From Laetmonice hystrix (Eukaryota): 64,000 nucleotides of DNA. The position numbers and the translations under genes were made by a program. The notes beneath the pieces were generated by a model. It made no database searches. It was not told the DNA's origin and was given only the letters and a program-made list of their open reading frames with translations. Where the stretch lies: contig OZ249437.1 in the NCBI GenBank assembly GCA_965235115.1, positions 30,628,001 through 30,692,000 of the forward strand. The letters are read 5' to 3'. Positions 35,206 through 47,200 of this stretch are shown here, piece after piece (position 1 is the stretch's first letter; each line of letters begins with the position of its first letter).

Positions 35206-38200
35206 TCAAACAGGCATGTGCGCCTGCTGGTAGAAATCTGGTTCATCCTCTCCATCATTAACGTCGTCAGTACCGTCATCATCTCGGTCGAGCTAGAAGG
35301 ATATCAATCAAGATTTCAATGCATCATTACGAAACAACCCCTCATATCATATAACATATTACAGAAATCGATGAATAAACCAACTGGGTTAGAGGGGGCA
35401 TATGTTATTCTATACATTAGAAGCGGTGCTATGTTCTTCAATTACGTACGGTTTACATTAAAACTGTGGCTCCGGTTTCAAGATGAAATGACTTACATTG
35501 CTGAGCTCTTTCTCAGTAAAGCATCGTGGCAGGAGAAAACTACGTAGAGGAACCATGAGGATGAGGAAGAAGGGGAATCCCAGGGCGGCTTCTGTGGACT
35601 TCACGGCCCAGAGTACAGCAAGACAGATCAACTGGACCAACGTGTAAAGGTGCATCTTGTGGGTCTTCACCTGTAAAACGTATATGGTGGTGGTGGGGGT
35701 TAATAAACCATTTACATCAATAGAGCAACCTATCCACTTCACGTAGAATTGACAATAATAACTCTGGTCTGCTTGACAATATTGACATAAAGTTCATTAA
35801 ACGCTAGTATAAAAAAATGACCTACCCGCTTCACATAGCACACGCCAGGGTGGTGCTTCCTTGGCATGAACAGCAACTCGACTCGTTCAAAGAGCTGTAC
35901 ACCACTCATGGAGGCGATTCCCATGTACAAGAAGACACCAAACAGGACGGCCAGAGGGATCTGTCTCAGCAGTGGGCCCATCAACACGGACACACCTGGA
36001 AATAGCAGCAGGGCACTCTGTTAACTTACATCAGAGGATCTGTTAACTTACATCAGAGAATCTGTTAACTTACATCAGAGGATCTGTTAACTTACATCAG
36101 AGGATCTGTTAACTTACATCAGAGGATCTGTTTTTGATGGCAAATCAAAAATGGAGAGGAAAAGGGACCATAGGGGGGAGATAGGGGAAGGAGACCTCCG
36201 AGATATTCTCACCAATCATTATGTGGACTGCCAGTCCGGTCAGCCGCTGTTCGTAGACACCTGTCAGCTTGGGCCTCTCTCCAGGAGCGTGAGTCTGACT
36301 GAAGATGCTGAGTGAGGACACGTGGGAGACGGAGCGCACTGTGGCCACCACCATGAGAGGTGCACCGATCAGGCCCGCCAACGTGGCAAACGAACCAATC
36401 AACAGAAGGTCCAGGTGGAATCCCGTACCCTTCTTACTTTTTCGACTGACTATCATTCTGCATGGACAAAAAAAAAACATAGGTTAATAAAATACAGAAC
36501 ACCAAAATTAAACATAAAAAAAAGTCCGTACTACTTTGGTAGACTTTGGCGTCATCTGTTATTCAGCACTTTTCCTGAACTACCTCTTCCTTTCAACAGA
36601 CCATGGGCCAAGTGTTATTGACGGAGTCGTGTACACTTACCCTGTTATCATGCACTCCATGAATATCAGGATGAAGACGAGTAAGGCAGGGATGACTGAT
36701 GCGAATATGGCCCAGATTGGTAACGGAGCCTGTACCCCTAGCGGATTGATGAACCAACCACGTACTGCAGCATTGGTTGGTGTGATCCCACCAGACGGAA
36801 CGTAAAGTTTCTGTAAATATAGATTCCTCTTTATAATCTCAATTTTGAGCAGGATGCACTGCAAATAATCTAATAAATGTATACTCGAATAAGTACCCTG
36901 GCGTTTATGTAATCGAGCATATAATTGGATTTTTGAATCACAATCGATTCATAATGCAGGTAAGCCTATTTTGTGGTACATCGCCACAAACACGAAATCT
37001 GGTTGAAAGTAACTATCCATAGCCCTGACCTTATCCCTAGCTCCTAACCCGGGTCCCTACACCTCCCAAAATATTCCTGTCCTATCCCTGACCTTAACCC
37101 GAACCCCTACCCACAATTTTTGAGGGAAAGTTACCATGGGGGAATAACCTATTTTGGACCGTAATTCTTTGCCACAGACCTATAATCTGCCATCTGACAA
37201 AAGAAGCTAAGAGTTTTCGCCTTCGGAGCGAAAAGGGGAACTTAATAAGTTGGAATTTTTATTTATATTGGCCTACATGTTTCGGACCTGCCACGGTCCT
37301 TCATCATTCCTCAGGTTATAGGTCAGTGTCAAAGAACTGTACATAATAGGCCTACCTGCAAGGCACTTTTTACCTTGGTATATCACCAGCAAATCATACG
37401 GCAGAAACACTAAGTAGTACACAATCACATTGACTACATTCCTCCTACTAACAACAAAGGTTTCAACTTGAATACGAAATCATAAATAAGTCTGTTAGCT
37501 CTCTACTATTGTTACATACCTCAGTGTATGTATCCTTGATAAGGAAGTCAAGGAGCACCATTACTAAAATGGCTATAGGGATACCAAAGTCTCCCAGAGC
37601 TCGGCGTGCCTGAAAAGTTGAAATTTAATGCTACTACAAATTTAACAACAGCATCAGTAACGATAATCTCCGGCACATTTTATGTTACATCCTCGACGAA
37701 AGATCAACGTGATCATGAAACCTTTTCTTCAAAGTTCTCTTGTAGGTTACTGCTAATAACGGAATTCCCAATTAAACCCGTTTCATGAAGCAACAAGTAA
37801 ACAACAATTCCTCTATTATTCAAATTTGAATCTTGTCCTAGTAACAAGTAGAAGTCTGGTACTGAACCTGGTAAGACCTACCATCACAGTTTCCCAGGCC
37901 CAGTTTACAAGCAGAATCAATCAAATTGAAGTCACAAGCTGAGGTTATATAAGCTCCCGCAGGATAAAACCTTTCTTCAGCATGCCCACTAAGTATTTTA
38001 TACGTATTCATAGCCACACCACTTAAATTATTTGCAGATCAAAATTGTTCTCAAACTCAAGAGTGGCCAAAGTTTGGAACACATGGGATACCATTTGACC
38101 AGAGTGGTACGGCAGTTACAGGGGGCTAAGTCTCATAGAACATTTGAAATCCTACAAACTTACAGAACTTATTATATGCCATTCAGACAATTTATCTTAT

Positions 38201-41200
38201 TATTTATTTCTGTAAAACTTCTGATGGATCTGATATGTGGACATGAATTTTTGTTTCTTTACCGACTATTTTGGTCATCAGAAATTTTTCTGCTTCTGAT
38301 TTTAATGAGCCTAGGCTAGGAACTTTGCGTGTGAACCGGGCCAAAAGCTACCGGGGGGTAATTTGTTTTAATTTCCTCCTTATAATACCTAGCTGTAACT
38401 GACTTGTTACCCTGAATTAAATCTCAATAATCTAATCTCAATAACAGTACTGTAGATCTTACCTGGGGATATGTTTGGTACAATTACATACCGGTAATTT
38501 TCCATTTTTGCTTAGTAAACGAAACGAAACGGACCAAGTCTAATATATCTCCAGACAATAGCCACATTACTGGCCCTGCATTAGCTGATTACCGATTTTT
38601 GCCAAAACGTGAGAGTAATATTATTACCCTTGTTACCTGGGGTCAATGACGGGCAACTTACACTCCTGCCAAGGAACTTGCTGTTACGGAACTGTTTGAG
38701 AAAGTAGGCGATGAAAAACGTGCCGAGTGTAAGGATCACAGACAGCAAGGCAGTGTTTGGTTGGTTTTCAAGGTTCCGGTTTCCTGGCAACTCTTCTGAG
38801 GCCTCAGTGACATTTGGGCCTAAAGTGACAACTTCCATGGAAGAGTTTTCGAAACTGTCAAATCCATTAGGAATGGGTGGAGGGTAGTATGGTTGAAGGG
38901 GGTGACTGAGGAAGACCTGGTGAACAAACAGAAATCATGTCAAAACCTTGCTGTTTCAGTGGTTCGGATCAGACTAATTTAACAACTGTTTCAATTACTA
39001 TACATAGAACTTCCAGGTGAACCATGCTTTATCGCTTGTGAACCTGCAAGGAAATTACAAAATTGCAGTGGCATTTATTTTGTGTCATTTCTTTTTACTC
39101 TTGCCCAAAAATTACTGTTAATATCAAAATATCATTAAAGTAGATCTTGAGGGTTGATTACTATGCTACCAGATTTAAACAACTCATTATTTCCATTTTG
39201 AAAGCATCTGACTTTCTTTCTTCTTTTATCAAACAATCAATATACCTTGTAAAGCTTGTAAAAGACTTCATATATAAAGATGAGAGAAATCAAAGATGCA
39301 AATATCTCCATGGTAAATCTGGTGAAGTATTGGACAAGGAAGGAACCCTCGGCAGCCACAATGACAATGGCGATGACTGTCACCCAAATGCACACCCACG
39401 CTCTCATCGACAGGTAGTCCAGGCCCATCTGAAGGGTGAACTGGAACCACAAAGGGGTGCAAACATAGTTCTCACGATATTTCTATTTTCATTAAATGAA
39501 GTACATGTATACATACAAGTTCATGCAGAATAGAGCCATCTAAAACACTTGTTTTGAGACATGTTAAAAGTAAAGTAAGCTATTCATCACACGATTCATT
39601 TACTCATTACATATTTGATAAATTTCATCTTCAGATTAGAAGATGGGACAAAGATATTAGCAATTAAAACTGAGAGCTGGGCACAGCAGTAAGGGTGGCA
39701 GGGGTGTGGACATGTGCGCCCCCCCCCCCCCGACCTGCTTTTATACCGACACTGCAACTTTAAATGAACTCGCTCAGATTTGGGCGCTCTACGCCTTTTG
39801 TCCTCCAAAACATAACGTTTCCAAATAGGGGGATGGAAATTTCTACCTGATAGAGGCCCTCTTCAAAGACAATGATGGGCCCAGTACATCCGACGATAAG
39901 CAACGGTTGGGCAGACAACAGGGCGAACACGACACCACTGATGGAGGTCAGGATGAGTAGCTCGCTCACTCCTAACATTTTGTCGGTCTTCTCACCTTCA
40001 AATAGAAAATACTGTCATCGACCGGGCTAGGAGGGGTCACGTACTGGAGCATGGAAGTACCCTCTACAGTTGGACACTTACGACATCAAAGATATATCAT
40101 TTATTTTTATTCCCTTACTGAAAGCATAATTGATGATGATAAAGAAAACAATCTTCCTGAAAATTCATTAGCTCTAAACATACTGAGTAGACCCCCGAAG
40201 GTGATAGCAGGTGAAAGGCAGGCGAAGTAGATGAAGAAGAAGGTGGCCAGACACTGAAGGTTGAGACCGTCCCGGATGTCGCTCCAGTACTTAGGGAACC
40301 TCCGCCGGATATCATTGACGACTCCACCAAACGGACGCTTTGTACGTTTGAGAGGGTCTCCAAACGGATCGTCTTCTGGCACAGGCGCTGAAATGAACAC
40401 GTGAACTCGTTCATGTAGGTGCAATCTCTACTACAGAATATAAAGTCATCTCATACCTAGCCAAATGGGTTGTCCTCAGTTTTAGTAGTTGCAAAGGATG
40501 GAGAAGATTGAAAATGTAAAGGAGCGTCTTCTCCTAAAGGTAGTAACAAGAACAACAGCTTACAGCTTTTATAGCCACTTCTTGTTACTAAGTTGGGGTA
40601 AGTAACTTAGCAAAGGTAAGTCTCATACATACGTAGTTTTTCCTTGGTTTTCAGTTCTCTCTTCTTTGCCTTCTCCCGCGCCATATCCATGATGGGAAGA
40701 AGTGTTTCTTTGTCCCAATCTCCAGGGGGCAGCACCAACGAATCGTCAAGGAATTCATTAATGGCACCAAGGAGATCTTCACGGCTGTCTGCTTGATATG
40801 CTACGTCATGGAACCTCTGAAAGCAGTTTCCTCGAGATGTAAACGCTCTTCAAAATGACCACCCAGGCTTAAATTGAGAACAGGTCATTGAAATGGTACA
40901 ATGGTAACACTGCTATGACTCACCGTATTTGCCATCAATGTGGAGATAGAGCGTCCAATCTGGTGGTAATCCAGCGAGCCGCTTTCCGGTCCCATCAGCA
41001 CAAACAAGAATCGCACCGGCAATGGTACTTCGGTCAAGTTACCTAGGTATTGTCCCTTTGCTAACCGCACAAACGCCATGACTGGTTTCTCCAAGAAGTC
41101 AACAGAACCGACCAGAACTGATGTGGCTTCTGCTCCCTTTGGGATCTTACGTAGGATGGGGCCACTGAGTCCAGGGCTCTGGGGCTCGGCTGGAGGAGTC

Positions 41201-44200
41201 TCCAGTACATCCACGTGTTTCTGTTAATGACACATGTCAATCCACGTGTAACATTTCAATGGCATCAGTAAGATCAGAAAGCAAACATACAATGGCAAGA
41301 GTAAGAGCAAAGGGTAAAAGCACTTAGCAACAAAATAACCTTAATTGAGAAAAAAATTGATGAATATATGAACTTACAAGGACTTCATTCATATCAATTT
41401 TCACGTGAGATTTTTTCTTGGTCTTTGTTAGTCCAGTTCCATTTGGCTGATCTTCTTTTTCCGATTTGGTAGATAAGGTGCTTTCCTTCTTCTCAGCATT
41501 CTCCATCGCATCTGAAAATGAGTGAAACTCATTTATTTCTATGCCTTTTCTTAGCGTCCCCTTCACCTTTTACCTAGATTACAATTCCTCACTCCTTAAG
41601 ATTATATGTAACATTTCGTTAACCTAGCATCATTGCTCTTTGCGTGTTCTCTATAATTGTTTTTTTTACCACATTACACATTCCCGCCATGATTTGAGTC
41701 CATTTCAACTTGTTCAGAGTGTCTTCCTGCCACTCTATTTTCGTGTTTTCTACTGGAATGGGGTTGATGATTACTGAGAATACTTCCATACCTCCGGAGC
41801 TGCGACTCCAGTTTGACCGCAAAACATTTCCCAAACTTCGGGGGAACGATGGGAGGGAGGACCTACGGCCTGAACTTGATCTACGACGAGAATCTCTGAA
41901 AGATAACATTAAACACCCATTTCATATTACTGCAGAAACTTACGGATTACCATAACAATAATTGCTTTAGTTATCAATATTCGTCATCAGTTCCAAGTTG
42001 TTACGACATGCACAATTACATACATTCTTGCTTGTCATCTTTCAAGGAGAAAGAAAGTTTTTATGTACAATATATAGGCAAACTAATCCAGATAAATGAT
42101 TGATACTTGGTAAGAAGAAATACATATGTCTGGCTACTGGAATCGCACATAATATTTAAGTATATGTGTTGATTACACATATACAATATACTTGGATATT
42201 TAATGCATAAAGAAACGACACATTACACGTCTTGACAAGAGTGCATTACCATTAACATTGATGGAATAAAACTTCGGCAACTATAACTTCATTTACAAAT
42301 ATTATCAGAAATGAATATCTGCGGTTCGGGCGAGAAGCAGAGTTTGGCAAGAAAAACAGAAATAAATGCTGAACTCTGACCTTTCATTTGCTAAATTTTG
42401 CCCACTTAATCACTCCCTGTTAGGCCCGGATCCATCAGTGGAACTAAAGTCCAGTTCCTACTCAAAAATATGAAGATGCTTTCTGACGACCTTTTTGCCA
42501 GTAAACTGACAGGCCACTTTGCCATGATAAGGTCAGAGTTAACTCAAAGGCTTTAACCAGTTCTACAAGGTCGTATACTGTGTGTGATTCTCCCACCTGA
42601 TGGGCTCAAGCACATGATAGCTCAGACTGAAGCTCCAGATACCTGTAGAAAATGGCACAAAGGGATTTGTTCCATAATATCAGCGCTCACCCGGCTGTCC
42701 TCTCCCCCCCCCCCCCCCCCCCCCCCAACAGAACGGCCCGAGTGTAGCAGACCAATGGACGCATGGTCCCCAGAAAGGAAATCCAAGCCTGCCGTAAACC
42801 ATGGTACTACTGACTGTACATGCACGGCTGCCTTTAGTCACTCCTTCAACCCCAAGATTCAGCACATTTAAAGCGACTACGCTGTCAGAATGATGAGCAG
42901 AGGAAGCATGCTCAGGGGACTCGTATACATTCAGTAATTACTTATTTGTCTATATTGCAGAAATACACCATATATACACACAAAATACGAAGAGATGGGG
43001 ACCATAAAAAATACTCCCATCTATCCTTTCGTTTATCATGGTGTGAAACATTCTAGGCCTATTACACATGGACAGAAAATTGCAATCATCTCTTTTTGCT
43101 TGACAGCATAATGCCCCACTAACTAAGATGGACTTGACGTTATTGTTTTACAACGTCTAAGCGGGACTATATTGCGTGTCGTCACCAGACTGACGGATAG
43201 CCCTGTTTATCTTGACCCAAGTATACCGAACCCAATTCAGGAGCAGCTGATGTCAAAATATTGATGCATTATCAAAATTTTCGCGCGTGAGCACTTAAAG
43301 TGTGTGTCATAGCCATCATGTCTGAACCAAGGTTTCCGTCTTACTTGTATTAATACATTTTGCTGCGTCTTTATTGATACCAACTTGTGAATACCAATAA
43401 ACACCAAGGCCCGTATGCATAAATCTATACTTTGGTTTAACCATAACCTGGTTTGGTTATTTCTCTGTCCCTAATTTAAGCTAAACCATCTTCCTGCATA
43501 CCGACACTTATACCGGGTGTAACTATAAACCGCTGGTTTTCTTGAATCCCATTTATGCATACGGACAGAGGTACAACTGATGAGTTAAACTTCAGTTTTG
43601 CTAAACTCCCATTAAACCACCTTTATGCATACGGGCCTAAATGTCTCATCTGTCCGACTGATTCCAAAAAATGACAAAATAATGTAGTTGGGACTGAAAA
43701 AAAAATTAACATACAAACTGTGCAAATTGTCCTTGAACGTGACATAGTGATCTCTTAACTATAAGACATGAGTTACAACGTTTTCACCGGCATTTTGGCG
43801 ATAGGCGGAACAGGCAAGTGAATAGCCAGCAACACGGACAGAACTTATATGCAGACAGCATCTCTGAGTCCTGAAGAACAAAACATCAACAGTAAGAAAA
43901 TGCCAAACCTTTGACCAGTCTGTTGATCAGCACCTTTTTCGACACCAAACATTGCCAATAGTTCCCTGTGATGTAGAATACAAACCAAACATGCGTTTTA
44001 AGAGATCATGTGAGGAATCATGTACTTCGTAGATTCATTGGTGACCTTCAAGCATGCACGCATGCATGATACCCTTTTATTTTATTTTATTTTTGTGGTG
44101 GTGGTGGTGGTGGTGGTGGCGGTGATGGTGGCGCTACTGGTAGTGGTGTGAAATTAGCAAATGTTGCTATTACTCATTAGACTACAGCACCTCAGTATTT

Positions 44201-47200
44201 ATGTTCTGACCTTGTGTAATGTGTTTTCAACTTTTATTTAGAGGGAAAATATCCACTCTGCGATCTGAATACATGTATCACATTTCTGTTCAAATTCCTT
44301 CAACTTGCATTTACGCTTTCTCAGACTTTATAATCATGGTTAAATATGGTTAAAATATTCAAATCTTGATTTTAAAGTTGATTAAAGGCCCGACCCTAAT
44401 ATATTACGACCAGATGTAACATATCTTTCACCCCTAGCTATATGATGTATAACTATGATGATCATGCACCCTCCCATTTGTGAGAAAAATGAGATACTCC
44501 AATATACGACTCAGCCCTGAGAGTTGACATTTCGAAACAACGTGAACCGTTGAATCACGTTATTGACAAGATGTCTAAGATTTGTGGCGAGTGGGGCTCT
44601 TGAGATGCCACTGGTGTCGGCGCATTTTTCTCCTCCATAATTGGTGATTGTTTGAACTCCAGGTTACAGATAATGGGTAAGACTGACTCATACTGGCAGA
44701 GGGCAATTTCGTCGTTATATGTTCGGGCTAGGCCTTTAAATATAGATCTAGGCAACACTTTTATACACAATAATATCTGGTCAGAATCAAATAGTGTGAG
44801 CCATAAACCACTGTGTTGATGTTGAGGTTTGCAGCGAGGAAAAAAGAGCACTATGTATAAAGAGAATGATGAAAAAACAAGCTTCCGTTTTTTAATCATG
44901 ATAATTCTTGATCTTGCTGCATACTTTTCATTAAAAAAAAGAAAAACAAGCATTCTAGTCTCAGAAGTTCAACGACCCAAATCTAGTTCCCGGCTGTATA
45001 CACAAACATAATAGCAACACAAGGCACTGTGTGTACCTGAGTTGTTGTGCAAGAGGGTCAAGAAAGTGTAACAGAGGCAAATACTAGCCTTGGCGTTGGA
45101 TGGGGGTCTAAGACGGCCATGCGTGTAATCACAACCAGGAGTGAGCATACAGCTGAGGTGTGGGGTGGGGCTCAAAGAGGCAGATTCAAACAACGAATGA
45201 AAAACGGGAAGATCTATGAGCCATTTTAGCAGAGTGCATGATCCAACCAGCAATGCACAGGGGACCCTCGGGTTTTTGTTCGGTTCACGCACTTACCCAG
45301 GTGTTAAAGATCCTTCTAAACTTTGTCCATGGAAAATGGAAACACAATTCATATAATCAACCACAAGGCAAAACAAACTTGCAATAAACATGGGGCATGT
45401 TTTAGACCCTCTTCCTCTATTTGTGCAATACATTGAAGCACATGCTGATATTTATTCCTGCCAATCGACTCCTACAATCTTCATAGACAACAACTTACAT
45501 GCTCAAAACAACTATAAATATCAATCATACTGTGCTTTCGGGTTCATGCCTCAGAGCCATTAAAAAATGACGTCACTTTTTAATGACTCTTAATTAAACA
45601 TCTTTCAAAAACCATGGGTTATTATGGCAATGGCTCGGGGAGGGGGGGGGGCAAACACGGCTTTTAGAAAACTATAAAAAAAATTACAGGCTGCTTTGTG
45701 TCTTCTTGGAGATTCATTTATACAAAAATCAGAATTCGGGAGAGGCTTACTGAACCGAATCATAGAACTCAACATATAGCTTGTCCTAAAAACAACGCTT
45801 AAGTCCATATCCCAGTTTTTCAAAGATTCTCAACTTGTGTAAAGCTTACTTATTAAACTAACAGGCTTCTGATTGGCTGGTCTGCTGAGGCCAGCCAATC
45901 AGAAGCCTGGGCGTTTACTTATGTAAGCTGGCTGAGAATCTTTAAAAAACTGGGCCCAGATTGAGAAAGATCGCAGCGGTTTCTCTATTATACTGTTGGG
46001 GGAGGGATTTGTTGTTTGACATACATAACATGCCTTTGGCGGTGAATGTGCGACTTTAAAGTTCATGTTTTTATTCCTACCCAGTGTGAATTCTCCTCTG
46101 TAAGTCAAGCATAGATAACCCTGCCAAGTGAGTCGGTCACTTGTATTCTATTTTTGGGTACTTTTTTCAGCAATCATGTACATGTCCTCGCATCAAGGTC
46201 TACCAAATAATGTGTAATGGTTTTTATTCAGCAGACCAAGTGTGGCGTTAAGGGGGGAACACACCTGACGCGATGCGACGCTATTGTGAAAAGCTCCTAA
46301 TGGTTTTCAGCGAGTGTGAACACACCTGGGCCCGGTTCGCGATACTAAGACATCTTGCTTAAGCATAAGCTTAACATTTCTGATTGGTTGATTGCCACAC
46401 ATTTAAGCTGCCTTGCTTAAACCGGTGACAACTAGCCAATCAACTGCGTTAAACTTAAGCTTAAGCAAGATGTCTTAGTATCGCGAACCGGGCCCAGAAG
46501 CTGCACGTCGCTGGAACGTCACATGTGTTCACACTCGCTGAAAACCAGTACTAGGAGCTGTGTGTCGTGTCAGGTTTGTTCCCCCACTTTACCACTAATT
46601 ATGGAACTGTATGACCATATTTTTATGTACGGCCGTTTCAGTGAGTGAGGAATGGTGGTTTTACGCCAAGTCGGCGGCCGTTTCAGAGGTTATTACATTC
46701 GCCAGCTTACCTATTCTGGACACCTCCAAGTTTATTCTGAATTGCACGAGCAGTTCCAACATTGTTTACAATGTCAGGGTTTCCGCCAGAATGTCACCTT
46801 TTTTTTGGGGGGGGGGGGAGGTTGAAGCACTTTTAGGGTGTGTGTATACCTCGGGTACGCATTTTGAAAAAAGTAAAGCTTAATGTGATAAGTAACATGA
46901 GACACTTTATGTAACTTATAATAAAATAGTTACACTCTACTAACTTCATTAAAAGATTACATGCCACACATGCATTTACTGTCAACATTCAAGACCCGAC
47001 ATCACTGCTACTTTCACAGTGTCTACTATTATCAGGAAGGACTTTTGGATCAACCTTCATAGCAATCAGGCCGTACATGACCAGATCACTCAAACTAACA
47101 ACCTTTGCCTCTAGAGTCAAACACAAAAAGAGAACGAAACCTACCTGGGACTATCCGAGCCTATCCCCGCAAAGGAGCTGTTCCTACGCAGAAAGCCTCC

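Noticed and set aside
36017-36126. 22-nt repeats (also 2815-2858 and 47258-47326) as CRISPR arrays
   Set aside because: The units are directly adjacent with no spacers, there are no cas genes, and the context is eukaryotic introns.
184-39440. SLC4-A and SLC4-B as an assembly or haplotype duplication
   Set aside because: They are in inverted orientation, most introns are unalignable and one exon differs at about 29% of sites, far beyond allelic divergence.
44555-44953. 132-aa intronic ORF with an SPIMEEK-like segment
   Set aside because: No splice sites compatible with the phase-2/phase-2 context of this intron were found.
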